Positions 38,380 through 50,380 of a stretch of DNA of 64,000 bases are shown here, in pieces. The translations under genes were made by a program, and so were the position numbers. The notes beneath the pieces are model-generated. The model was not told where the DNA came from. It saw nothing but the letters and a program-made list of their open reading frames with translations, and did no database searches. The DNA lies in assembly GCF_006345805.1 (NCBI RefSeq), contig NC_043008.1:27280001-27344000 (forward strand). Reading direction: 5' to 3'. Origin of the DNA: Octopus sinensis. Taxonomy: Eukaryota. Positions within the stretch are counted from its first letter, which is position 1, and each line of letters begins with the position of its first letter.

Positions 38380-39100
38380 TTTGGTGGTATCTTGGGATCT
38401 CTCGTTTATCAGTTATTTAGTAGATATCTCCTGTTCCGGGGTAGCAGAGGCATATCCTTCTAGATTGAATGTAATTATTGTAGGTCCAGAAGAGGCAATT
38501 TCTGTTGTTATTCTCTAGCTAACGCGGTATGTGCCCAAATATTGCCTTTTGTTGGCATGAGGCCTGCTTCACTTCCAAGCTACTGTTTAGGTAGGCAAGT
38601 CCAGCATCCTTTGGGTAGCGATTTCAGAGTATTTTCAGAGTTGTATTTCTCAGAGTACCCATATTGTTGTTCTTCTCCAACAATGAAGATGTCGCTCTCA
38701 CTTTTAATTATGCATAGTATGTACTCATGTCTTTCTTTACTGCTTAGGAGATGTTATCTGAGTGGTACAATGCAACATTCAAATATTGTTTTGACTGACC
38801 TTATGCTTATATTGCCATTAAGTTGTCTCATAATTCCTATCGATGTCGCTGTTAATGTGGAAGTTGCTAGTTGTTGTCAGTACCTTTCTGGTTTTTATGT
38901 CCAGGCTGCGTATCTTTCCTCGACTGTCTATCACGTATAAGCATTTCTCTTGCCCAATCTCCATTCCTATATCTCGTGTAGTTCTAATTTTCTCTTGATG
39001 ATGATCATTTTACCAGAATATATCTTTACATCATCAACCATAAATGTGTGGGTAACATTCATTTTCTTCTTTTTTGCATATGCCAGCATGTAGCCTTCGT
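38380..39100 (-). mobile_element. Ancient RTE-like LINE remnant
   Basis: Residual YLGTYR/FGHI.R.LEN-type and IA..RML.L segments among many stops. Confidence 0.35.
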
Positions 39101-40644
39101 ATATTGTCAACATATGATACCGTTTTGGTACTTAAAGAACAGAGGACGGTTCCCTTATCTTTCAAGAAAGTTGGTTTTTACCTAATCGCAAGCCGAGATC
39201 GAAAATAGTACATTTGCGCTTATTTGTACTGAAATGACTGCAGAATATATATTTTATCACCAGGTCACAATTTAGAATATTGAACCGTGTGCCGTGCGTG
39301 TGTAACTTTTAAATACCAGGTATGCTTTGCTCAACGTGTAGACTAAGAACATTATCTTGGTGTGCGTTATACTTTTGTATCAACTGGAAATACCATAGAC
39401 ATGGTGCTGAGAGTCAAATAAGATATACGCTTGAAATAATATAACATACTTGTAAATGTGATGTGATAAAAGAGGGATATAATTTGTATTTCTAAGATCA
39501 TTTTGTGAGAAAAGATTGAAAAGCATGCTTTATGTAAGAGATATAATTAAGATACGGCATTCTACTCAAAGTGGGACTTAGAACTGTGAAGTCAATGGCT
39601 TGATATTCAACATTGGTTGTGGGGATCTGTTTAACTTTTCAGGGATTATTGGAAAGTTTTAAGAAGGTTTGAGCGCTACATGTTTACCTTCTCTGATATA
39701 CATTTGTTACCTACAAAAGAAGTTGTATTTGTCCTGTTAATGCTAGGTAATAGTATGCAACTCTTGTTACCAATGTGTGGACTGTACTAGTTACTCTCTA
39801 TTGGCTGCTATCATTGGAAATGTCTGTGAAGCGTTAGAACATGAAGGCAATTTTCAAACTATTTAGTTTGTGGTATACTGTATAATTAAATTTAATTGAA
39901 ATTTTCTTTGTAATAAAGTGAAATAAACGTCCCTGCGTAAAATTACAAAATTAAAAACAAGAGAGAATATAAAAAAATAAATAATGATTAAATGAAGCAA
40001 AAGTTTCGAATATACATTACATGCAGATAGTTTATCTTGACTTTATGGTCAACTAAAACCTGAGTTTGATTCGAAAATATGTGTATTTCTTATGCAAGAG
40101 GCTTCCCAGCAGTATTTAACCACAAATTTATTGTTGCTATTCATAATCAGAACTACTGAATACTGTAAATTAAATAAATACTGATCACTTCAAAAACCTA
40201 ACAATTGAGTATAATATACATCACTGGGCACACCTGATGAACTCTAGGCTCTTCAGTTGCTTACAGCAGTCCATCAAGATCCTTTCTAATCTACAAAAGA
40301 AATATGCTTCTTGATTTTATGTTTTTTGAAACCCATAGATGGGATTTAGTTCTACTAATTAAAATTTAAATCACATTCGGTCTGTGTTTATCAATTTACT
40401 ATATTAATATGTGAAACCTTACTGTATGTGAACGTAACAGGGAGAGCGTTGTCTTTATCATTTTTCCTTTCAAACATATTGTGTGATGACTTGTGGCTAT
40501 GTTGTTTTCATATGCCATATAGATAACTGTTTTACTGGTTCGAGTAGGTGGGTTCTGTTTACGACAGATCTCCAACGTTTTGTTTAAAGTAGTAGCTTAG
40601 CAGGTACAATGTGAGGGATACTATACGACCCTCAAAGGATATTT

Positions 40645-41060
40645 GCACTGATCTGGCGTGATGTGAGTGATGAACATGGCGAAAGACTCTATCATGATAT
40701 TTCAGTGATGGAGCGACGATTCAAAGGAAAATGGAACTCTGGCATGTTGGCAAACTACTGCTGGGGTTTTTAAAAATATCACACTCCACACAAGAGGCTT
40801 AGAAGGATAAAAGTTGTTTAAACTGACAGATATGTTTTTTAATTCATAACCAATATAAGTTTTGTTATACCAACTAAATTTTTCTTTTTTTTTTGTAACT
40901 TTCAGTATTTGCAATGTTGTATTCAATACGCAATATTATGCAGTAAATTATAAAACATATGGTTCATAGTACAGGAAAACGGTGCCTAATCTGGAGAAGT
41001 AAAGGTCAGAATCAGAATCAGGAAAATATTTTGACCCAGAAACAAGTCTTACTTAACTGT
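40645..41060 (+). mobile_element. DNA transposase C-terminal fragment (Chapaev/CMC-like, tentative family)
   Basis: DVSDEHGERLYHDISVMERRFKGKWNSGMLANYCW matches the widespread SDEHGERFHQDI..ME.RYQG.W...M.ADYCW transposase end. Confidence 0.7.
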
Positions 41061-42399
41061 ACTTTTTTTGAACCTGTAATTAGTACAAGGTTTCGTTTTT
41101 GACTTATTGATGTTTTTCGTGTATTACATTCTGATTGTATTCAGTCATAACTAATTGTTGTTCAAATATATATTCAGTGCTGATGTAACATTTAACATTT
41201 TGAGTATGGGACCAATTTTGGAGGAAGATGGTACCTTAACTGCTACTCCATTTTAAGCATGACACCTACACGGGAACTTGTGGTTACGCTTATCCCTTTA
41301 CGTAACTTAATATATTAAACACGGTCCCGAACTACCCGGTCATATTTTAAGACATTAAAAAGTGCGATGCTCATCTTCATCATCAAATGAAGAAAATAAA
41401 AACATTTATGGCACGAGGAGAGAGGAAGTATGAGGGGACAAGACGAAACTAAAGAATGATAGGAATATGAATAAGAAGAGAAATAAGAAGTAATATAAGA
41501 GGTATGAAATAAAACATGCGACAGAAAAATAAAAGAGAAAGAGAGAGTGAGAGAGCAAGAGAGATATGTTATTAAGAGGAGGATAAACATACATGAAATT
41601 GATAAAATTCATTCTGATGGCACCTGAAATATATCTGTCCGTGGAAGCTTGAAACTACTATTGCAAGCAACCTTTTACACTATAGTATGATTCTACTTAT
41701 TTAGAATTGATAACATTTTGACTGAAATGTACGCTGACTTTAAACAAAATATTTCAATTATTTGCTTTGCTTTTTTGTCTTGTTCCATCATAAGACATGA
41801 AAGATAACCAAAAATATTTTCTTGCATTTTATTCTACTTTGGAATCTAATTGAAAACCTAAAGAGTAAAAGAAAGAAAGAAAATTGATAAATTTTTCCTA
41901 ATTATTTCAGAATTTTCTCACTTCTGAACCAGAACATATTACGTAAATGTCACTATTCAGATATTTCTCTACTAAAGTTGCTGCTCGTTCTGCTTGTAAT
42001 ATGGTTTGCATTCACTTAATATGTACTTATTGAATAGATTTTTGTGGCACTATGCTATCAGTAAAATCTTAAAAGTTTACTTAAAATTTCGCTATCGAAA
42101 TATTTTATATATTTCCTTCATACGTGTTGAAGTGTATTGAAAAGTTAATTAGTGATATTATCTCTTTTTCAGAAAATAAAGCTATCTGTAAAAGAAGACA
42201 TATTTATTGTTTCAGCGAATCTCAGTCATTGTCGAATTTCAATTTGAAAACTTTCAGAGCATTCTCGGCACCTTCAAGCACGGTTGGATCTCGAATAGGC
42301 TAAACATGTAAATAAAAGAAGCTACGTTGTAGTTGGTGAGCATTTGAGTTCAGACTATTTTCTGTTGGCCGTTAATTCACAAACTTTTATCTTGTTCAA

Positions 42400-42980
42400 T
42401 TTAATCAATGACATTAAATATTAAATACAAACATAGAGAAATACAATAGGACTGAAGCTAAAATGTCGTTTTGATTATACGAAATCTGACATCACAAGTA
42501 TGGTCTTGTTCAATATCTTATTGACACTTTCATCATTTACTCTTTTATTAGCGAATACCATCTTTCCGTTTGTTAGAAACGTTACCAATTTTTTAGTCAC
42601 CAAGATAGTAATGAACATATAAAGATAGACAAATGGCATCCCCTCATTTGTCGATCTAATTCCAGTTAGCAATAAATAAATAGAGACTCCGAAAGGCAAT
42701 TGATTTGCACATTTCCACGAGCTATGCACTCTACCCATGTCAAATATCGTTGTATCTCAACAGACCAGCGGTTTATCGATTACAATGTATAATGTAGCGT
42801 TCGAAGACCTGATGGTAGCAATGACTGTAAGATAAATATATGTTTGTTAGACAGCTTATACTTCTGCGTTAATCTACTGAGAGTAAAAACCAGGAGTAAT
42901 GTTTCACCATAGTAAACAACAACATAATGCCAATGCCTTCAATTAGGGGTGCTGAAATCAGAATGGCTTTAAATAGTTCT
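42400..42980 (-). pseudogene. Possible decayed rhodopsin-class (vasopressin/GnRH receptor-like) GPCR fragment
   Basis: Across frameshifts: LLLVFTLSR..KYKLSNKHIFILQ (TM1-ICL1-TM2-like), then QLPFGVSIYLLLTGI / IDK*.DAICLSL (TM3 SIDRxxAICxPL-like). Confidence 0.3.
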
Positions 42981-43653
42981 CTATTGTAAATAATCATAAT
43001 TATAGGAAGGCGTATAAATATTCATATTTTTGTAAGGTACAGTAACAGTGATGGCATATAAAACGCAGTATTATTCGCAGAAATATGAGAAAATCAGTTG
43101 TTCTCAGTTTCCTCTTCGAGTTCTGAGAGAAATCAATAAATTCATAGTATTTTACACTCCAAATGAGTTCTCGGCGATAACAATGATGCAGCGACTATGA
43201 ATAAAGTAATTTAGTAATATCTAAGTAATGTGATTCGCTTATCAGCAGACGGTGATTTAATTCAAATCATTACAATTATACATGCCACTTATTTATCAAT
43301 TCTTGTTCATCGCTATTTCCCCCTCTTCATCACGATACCGTCATCTTCTTCAAGTATCTGAACGTAATCTGTCACATCTTTTGTCATAGATCATCAACTT
43401 CAGTGTAAATGGATTCCTACACTCCACTATTAGTTTGATATATCAATACTGCTGATTTGACAATCAAAAGTTAATAGCTCATATGAACTTTCCAAATATA
43501 AAAACAGAAATCTATATTTATCATGATTATCAATTCCCGCCCTTATCTTATAGCTTCAACAAACTTCAAATATTAATCAAGCCTGTTCGACATTGAAATC
43601 TCTAGATGGAGTTGATGAGCGTATACATCTGTCAGTTTATATTCATGTATGCT

Positions 43654-43658
<5 letters not shown>

Positions 43659-43687
<29 letters not shown>

Positions 43688-43705
43688 TGTATGTATGTAT
43701 GTATG

Positions 43706-43736
<31 letters not shown>

Positions 43737-43757
43737 GTATGTATGTATGTATGTATG
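43659..43757. repeat. (TATG)n microsatellite
   Basis: Directly visible. Confidence 0.95.
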
Positions 43758-45031
43758 CATGGATGTGTGTGTGTGCATTATGGAAATGTTGTGTGCGTGT
43801 CTGTGCGTGTGTGTGAGTAGCAAGTCTGAGTAATAAGTTTGCCTGTACAACACGAGATTAGTTTCTCTAGCATTTTGACAAATGGTATTTTACCACAACC
43901 TCGAATCGTTGTGGCATTTAAGAGTGAGATTCGATAGAAACTTTGATAAATCTCGTCAGATTAACTGTTCAAGTAATTCAAAGGTTCAGTTTTATCACAT
44001 GCCGTCTCGTGTTGATTCCGTCTGAAAACCGAGCTAAGTATACACGTGTTTGTGGAATACTTTACCCTATAATTGCTAAATTAGAAGGTAATTCAGTTGA
44101 TTATCAATATACCCGTATACCGATGAAAGTTAATTTCATCTTGCGAAAGTATGTACCAGGAGCTGTTGAAAACTTCTGGCTTTAGCTAAAAAAAAAAAAA
44201 TACCGGAGAATCATTTATAATGTTATTCAACATATTCCCCTCTCATCCTATGCAAAATCAGGGTCTTTCTTTTCCTTTGAATTTATATATGAACAAGAGG
44301 GATGTTCGTAAGTAAGTATGTAAATATATACGCATGTACCCGTGCGTTCATGTATGCATGTGCATGTATGTAATAATGTGTATCTATAGTGTTTTAGCTA
44401 TGTGATTGTTCTTATGTACTTACTGCAGAAATACTTAGTTATTATATGTATATATGTATATGATTATATGTACGTAGTGAAGACTTGATTGTGAAATATT
44501 TTGCTGATATTTTCAATTTCAGTAGTTGGTTGCCATGTACTTTTCTAATTACCAATTACCTGTCTCTTTTTTAAGGAAATAGTATCGAAATATGCGTAAC
44601 AAAATACCTTATAAATTCTAAATAAAAACCTAATGATACAGATAAGTGCACGTATTAATTGTAGCTATGCATGTACGTAGAAATTTATCTATGTATATTT
44701 TCATGTTCATTTATGTGGTTCATCCTAAAAGAAGGTACAGGCTCTCAGACCAAAATCAAGGTTTCTACCCTGAATTTAGACAAGGCAAACAATTCAGGCC
44801 ACATACATTATTATTATTGGAAAACAATTCAAAGTCTTACAGCTGTTTCTGGGATAACCCAGAGTATGGGAAACTCTGTCATCGGAAACAAACACGGAAC
44901 TTGAGAAAGATATAGATTAATGAAATGACGACATAGAGGACAAGGGTAAAGGAATAAGGAGATGGAAAGAGAGAAGAAAGAAGAAGCATAAAAGTTCGCA
45001 ATTCAACTTCCCGATCTTGTAGAAATCAGGA

Positions 45032-45255
45032 CTTCTTCTTCTTCTTCTGCTTCTTCTTCTTCTGGAACGTTCTGTTGAATGTTGATATTTTCGCATCTTT
45101 TTTCTGGATTTACGCTAGATTGTAAGTCCAAAAGTCATTACAATCTAGCGTAAATCCATGTGGGTTAAAGTCCTGATATTGCAAACATCCAGAAAAAAGA
45201 TGCGAAAATATCAACATTCAACAGAACGTTCCAGAAGAAGAAGAAGAAGAAGAAG
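45032..45255. repeat. Nested perfect inverted repeats
   Basis: 60-bp arms 45050-45109 / 45187-45246 and an inner 21-bp stem 45105-45125 / 45138-45158. Confidence 0.95.
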
Positions 45256-46539
45256 ACTTGCTTCGCTATGAAACGTGGTGAGTTACCTTAAATTTCCTCT
45301 CATACTACTCTGGTTGTTTGTTTAAAATCACGAAAACTTGCATGGCAAGTTTTATAATGATATAATCTGTGAATTGATCAAATGCCGTTGCAACAGCTGC
45401 TGTGAATTTTAAACCCCATTTGCGTTGTTTTATACGTGTGCTACACTGTGAACTATCCCTAGGCTGGATTTACTGTTTGTATTCAATAAGATACTGTAAA
45501 TATACATTTTCCTATGTGTGCTTATATACGGATAGACGTAGCCATATACTTCTGAATATATTAAGTATTTGCATTGCCAGATGAAATCTTTGAATTTAAG
45601 AGCCGAAAAAGAATATTTCATATATAATATTTCAACTCTAAATCTGAATGACACCATCGTCATGCAAGACCTTCAGCTGACCAACATTAGTAGGAATGTG
45701 CTAATGTTGTAGTGTTTATCTTGGTCTCTTGGTAAGAAAACAATTTCCAAGAAGTTCCTTTCCGGGCCTCATAAAGTATTTCGGTTATCTTTTGTACACG
45801 TGATTCATGACTAGACATTGACGCTTTGCAGTTAACAGATAATGTCAGAGGGAAGGACGTGAAGTACAATTTAAAACCTATATTACAGTATCTAAAACAT
45901 CTATCTACTTAAATTACTTGTAGGTAGGAGAGTTCTATATTACAACGGATATCGAAAATGTTAGCACGGATTTAGAGATTTCTGGGTATAAAATTGATAG
46001 CCATTAACTAAAATTATGATAACAGTACATGACATGGACATCATAAACGAAGCGAAGCAAAATGTTGTTGCTGTTGCTGCTGCCATAACAACTGCTATTA
46101 CCACTGCCTCTACTACTGCTGATAGTGATATTGCTGCTGCTACCACAACTGCTGCTGCTGATGATGATGATGAATATTAGTGGTTGAAAATAAACATATA
46201 AAATAAACGTAGGCAAAAGAATGAAAAATCTAATAATAAGTTAACATTACTTGAAAAGGTAGTGGGTAGCGAACTTCTTCACTACTTCAGGAAGTGACGA
46301 CCCTACCTGACACGAGTTCCGGGTTCAGCTGGCTCCGGCTGACAGTACCCGGTATGGGCCCCTATCCAGGGTTACGGAAAGGAGACAACCTTCAAAGATA
46401 TCCGGAGTGGAGCCCCGAAGGCGGTCTAGTGTTCGTCTCGACACGCTTCCGGCAGCTCCTGCAACCAAGCTGGTGCCAAACGTAATGCACTGCACTCCAC
46501 TGGACTACATCAGCAAGGTCGAGAGAGGAAACCTGACGA

Positions 46540-47748
46540 TTGGGCTACCCAGGACTGCGGTTGGCAAGCTGGAATGTCAGGACCATGTGTCCTGGAATAT
46601 CTGATGATCTTCTCAGGATTGAAGACACAAGGAAAACGGCCATCATTGACCGTGAACTAAAGAGGCTCAACATAGATATTGCTAGGCTGCAGGAGACAAA
46701 ACTTCCCTCAAACGGCAAACTCAAAGAGCAGGATTTCACCTTCTTTTGGCAGGGAAGCGATCCAGAAGAACCTCGTCAACATGGCGTTGGCTTTGCAGTG
46801 AGAAACTCACTACTCTCCTTAATAGAACCACCATCAGGAGGCACTGATCGTATCCTCTCACTGCGCCTCTCGACTTCTTCTGGCTCAGTACATCTACTCA
46901 GCATCTATGCTCCCACTCTCTGCAGCTCAGAGGAGACCAAGGACCAGTTCTACAAAGATCTCAACTGTGTCATAGAAAATATACCAACGACTGAAAATAT
47001 CTACCTTCTAGGGGATTTTAACGCTCGCGTGGGATCTGACCATGATTCGTGGCCCATTTGTGTTGGACACTTTGGTATTGGCAACATGAATGACAATGGT
47101 CAGAGACTACTCGAATTCTGCACATACCACAACCTGTGCATCACAAACACATTCTTTACCAACAAGCCATCCCACAAGGCATCCTGGAGACATCCAAGAT
47201 CTCACCACTGGCACCAGCTGGATCTCATCATTACACGGATATCCTTTCTGAATTCTACTCTATTGACCCGCAGTTACCACAGCGCGGATTGTGACACAGA
47301 CCACTCACTAATTAGAAGTAGGGTGAGGATTCTGCCTAAAAGAGTCCATCGCTCCAAGAAAATGGGCCGACCACGCATCAACACCGCCAGAACCTCGGAC
47401 CCTACACTGCGAAAATATTTTGCTGCTTCTATCAGGGTTACCCTCAGTAGCTGCCCAACCTCCTCTGCTGAAAATAGGTGGGACTATATCAGGGAAGCCT
47501 TGTATACGACATCAATAGATACTTTCGGCATGAGAGAAAGGCAAAACTCAGATTGGTTCAATGCTGGGCTCTCAGAGCTGGAGCCAGTTATCGAAGCAAA
47601 GCGTGCAGCTCTGATGCAATACAAGAGTGACTCTCCTACAAAGTCACTCGAAGAACTCAGAAAGGCAGGAAATAAAACCCAACTGACAGCCAGACGCTGT
47701 GCAAATAGGTATTGGCAGAAAATCTGTCAGTATCCAGTCAGCTGCTGA
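46540..47748 (+). CDS. RTE apurinic-like endonuclease region
   Basis: 402-aa ORF with complete APE motifs. Confidence 0.88.
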   Translation: MGYPGLRLASWNVRTMCPGISDDLLRIEDTRKTAIIDRELKRLNIDIARLQETKLPSNGKLKEQDFTFFWQGSDPEEPRQHGVGFAVRNSLLSLIEPPSGGTDRILSLRLSTSSGSVHLLSIYAPTLCSSEETKDQFYKDLNCVIENIPTTENIYLLGDFNARVGSDHDSWPICVGHFGIGNMNDNGQRLLEFCTYHNLCITNTFFTNKPSHKASWRHPRSHHWHQLDLIITRISFLNSTLLTRSYHSADCDTDHSLIRSRVRILPKRVHRSKKMGRPRINTARTSDPTLRKYFAASIRVTLSSCPTSSAENRWDYIREALYTTSIDTFGMRERQNSDWFNAGLSELEPVIEAKRAALMQYKSDSPTKSLEELRKAGNKTQLTARRCANRYWQKICQYPVSC

Positions 47749-49675
47749 CAGGGGCGACACCCGTGGGATGTATGCCGGTTTGAAGAAGGCCCTAGGTCCA
47801 TCCGCAACCAAGTCAGCCCCTCTGAAATCAACTACTGGGGATCTCATCAGGGATCAAGGCAAGCAAATGGATAGATGGGTGGAGCACTACCAGGATCTCT
47901 ACTCACGGGAGACTACAGTGGCTGAGGTTGCAGTCGAAAGTGTCAAGATCTTGCCAGTCATGTGCGAACTTGACAGTCCGCCATCTATAGCAGAGCTCAC
48001 CAAGGCTGTTGACTCCCTAGTAAGAAATAAGGCCCCGGGAAAAGATGGCATCCCCTCAGAGATCATCAAAGCCGGCAAAAACACCATCCTGCTTCGGCAC
48101 CTTCATGAGTTTCTGTGTCAGTGCTGGGAAGAGGGTACAGTCCCTCAGGATATGCGGGATGCTAACATCATTACGCTTTACAAAAACAAAGGTGACCGTG
48201 GTGATTGTAACAATTACCGTGGTATATCCCTTCTAAACACTGTTGGAAAGACCTTTGCCCGCGTTTTCCTGGCCAGGCTACAACTACTTGCTTCTCGAAT
48301 CTATCCGGAATCCCAGTGTGGCTTTAGAAGAAGCAGATCAACTATCGATATGATATTCTCCATACGCCAACTTCAGGAGAAGTCCAGAGAGCAGAAAATG
48401 CTATTATATATGGCCTTCATTGATCTAACAAAGGCTTTTGACTCGGTAAGCAGAACAGGCCGCTTCATCCTGCTCCAAAAAATCGGATGTCCACCAAAGC
48501 TGCTGAGGATCATCAAGTCTTTCCATGATGACATGCAAGGCACCATACAGCACAACGGTTCAACATCAGCCACCTTCCAAATAAAAAACGGGGTAAAGCA
48601 AGGTTGTGTCCTCGCTCCTACATTGTTTGGCATCTTCTCGCTGTTACTGTCACATGCCTTTCAGACATCAGATGATGGAGTGTTTCTGCACAGTAGAAGT
48701 GACGGGAAACTGTTCAATCTCTCGCGCCTACGTGCCAAGACCAAAATCAGAAACGTCCTCATTAAAGAGATGTTATTTGCTGATGATGCCGCTCTGGTAA
48801 CACACACAGAAGAAGCCCTCCAAAGGCTCATTAACTGTTTTGAGCAAGCATGTAACGACTTTGGCTTAGCTATCAGCCTTAAAAAGACCAACATCATGGG
48901 CCAGGCTACATCGGACATCCCAAACATACATATTGGAGACCACAGATTACAAGAGGTGGAGAGGTTTACCTATCTGGACTCTACCGTCACCTACAATCTA
49001 TCCCTTGACGCTGAGCTCAATATACGCATTGGCAAGGCAGCTGCTGCGATGGCCCAACTCTCCAAACGGGCTTGGGACAACAATAAGCTGACCAAGACCA
49101 CGAACATAAAGATATACCAGGCATGTGTACTCACCACTCTACTGTATGGAAGTGAGACCTGGACGCTATACACACGCCAAGAGCGTCGCCTAAACCTCTT
49201 TCACCTGCGCTGCCTCCGAAAAATCCTCCGCATCAAATGGCAGAATTATATCCCCAACAAAGATGTCCTCAGGCAAGCAGGAATACCAAGCACGTTTGCT
49301 CTCCTCACACAAAGACGTATGAGATGGCTTGGGAATGTTAGCCGTATGAAAGATGGCAGAATCCCCAAGGACATACTCTACGGAGAGCTTGCTAGGGATA
49401 CTAGGTCTGTGGGTAGACCGATCTTACGTTACAAGGATGTTTGCAAAAGGGACATGAAGGCCTGCAACATCAATATTAGCGGTTGGGAGGCAGTTGCCGG
49501 CAACCGTGGAGAATGGCGACGTACCGTAAAAGAGGGAATACAAAGGAGTGACAGAGAGAGGAGAAATGGAAAGAAAAGAAGAGACGTCAACATGAAACTA
49601 TGGCATTACAACCAGCCAGGAACAGTCTTCGCTACATTTGCGGTACCTGCCAGAGGGAGTGTTTATCCAGGATAG
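47699..49675 (+). CDS. RTE reverse transcriptase region
   Basis: 658-aa ORF with the RT motifs. The last ~35 aa are out of frame. Confidence 0.9.
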   Translation: MQIGIGRKSVSIQSAADRGDTRGMYAGLKKALGPSATKSAPLKSTTGDLIRDQGKQMDRWVEHYQDLYSRETTVAEVAVESVKILPVMCELDSPPSIAELTKAVDSLVRNKAPGKDGIPSEIIKAGKNTILLRHLHEFLCQCWEEGTVPQDMRDANIITLYKNKGDRGDCNNYRGISLLNTVGKTFARVFLARLQLLASRIYPESQCGFRRSRSTIDMIFSIRQLQEKSREQKMLLYMAFIDLTKAFDSVSRTGRFILLQKIGCPPKLLRIIKSFHDDMQGTIQHNGSTSATFQIKNGVKQGCVLAPTLFGIFSLLLSHAFQTSDDGVFLHSRSDGKLFNLSRLRAKTKIRNVLIKEMLFADDAALVTHTEEALQRLINCFEQACNDFGLAISLKKTNIMGQATSDIPNIHIGDHRLQEVERFTYLDSTVTYNLSLDAELNIRIGKAAAAMAQLSKRAWDNNKLTKTTNIKIYQACVLTTLLYGSETWTLYTRQERRLNLFHLRCLRKILRIKWQNYIPNKDVLRQAGIPSTFALLTQRRMRWLGNVSRMKDGRIPKDILYGELARDTRSVGRPILRYKDVCKRDMKACNINISGWEAVAGNRGEWRRTVKEGIQRSDRERRNGKKRRDVNMKLWHYNQPGTVFATFAVPARGSVYPG

Positions 49676-49959
49676 GACTACACAGCCACAGCAGGAAATG
49701 TATCAGGACATGAAATGTAAAAGCCGGACTAGACTACTTTATGCGCAACTCCATTGTCTCCCGAGACAGAAAGGATGCCCACCAACCGATATATAACCCC
49801 TCCTGAGTAGCTGATATGCTACAGAATATTTGGGATAAATCTCACGATTTTATTACTTATTTGTTTCAGGATCAGCTTCATGTCAACGGCGTTGGCGAGT
49901 CAATATAATGTTTAACGATGTAGTTAAGAAGATATTGGCAAGACATGGTGGGCTAGAAG

Positions 49960-50380
49960 CCACATGGATACTAGAAAAGCGTTAGCTTATCATGATGATT
50001 CTGGCCAGGTATCAAAATGACGACAGCATGCCTTCTGCTCAATGCTCTGTTAACATTGTAAAAGCTGTAAGACATGACATGGACATCATAAAATCCAAAC
50101 ACACCCATCCCGCCAAGGTCTTTGTTGTGTTTCTAGTGAGGATAATGTCATGCAGCCCCACATCTATGAACAGGGCTTTAAGATCAATTCAGATAGCTAT
50201 CTGAAACTCCTAAAACCCTGGATAGAGAGGGGTTTGTGATATGTGGTAGCAAGAATCAGGTCCGTGTCACCTCCGGAAAGTGACAGAACTGGTTGTCAGA
50301 GAATTTCTACAACTTCACCAGCCCCAATTTCTTACCTCATAATTCCCTCGATTGTAATCCCTTGGATTATTCTTAAATGG
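49960..50380 (+). mobile_element. Decayed Tc1/mariner-superfamily transposase remnant
   Basis: KHPAKV-like segment, LKPWI, and PHNSLDCNPLDY (decayed PPNSPDCNPLDY). Confidence 0.55.

Larger units (their letters stand above)
46255..49790 (+). mobile_element. Near full-length RTE-clade LINE (APE + RT + C-terminal C2H/C finger)
   Basis: LASWNVRT, LQET, GVGF, LGDFNARVG, WRHPRS, DCDTDH. RT motifs KAPGKDGIP, NYRGISLL, PESQCGFR, FIDLTKAFD, GVKQGC, FADD. C-terminal CGTCQRECLSRIGLHSH. 3' hairpin tgtctcccgagaca. Frameshifts near 47730 and ~49560. Confidence 0.95.

Noticed and set aside
44646-44915. Two overlapping short ORFs as a host exon
   Set aside because: No recognisable domain or convincing splice-site pair.
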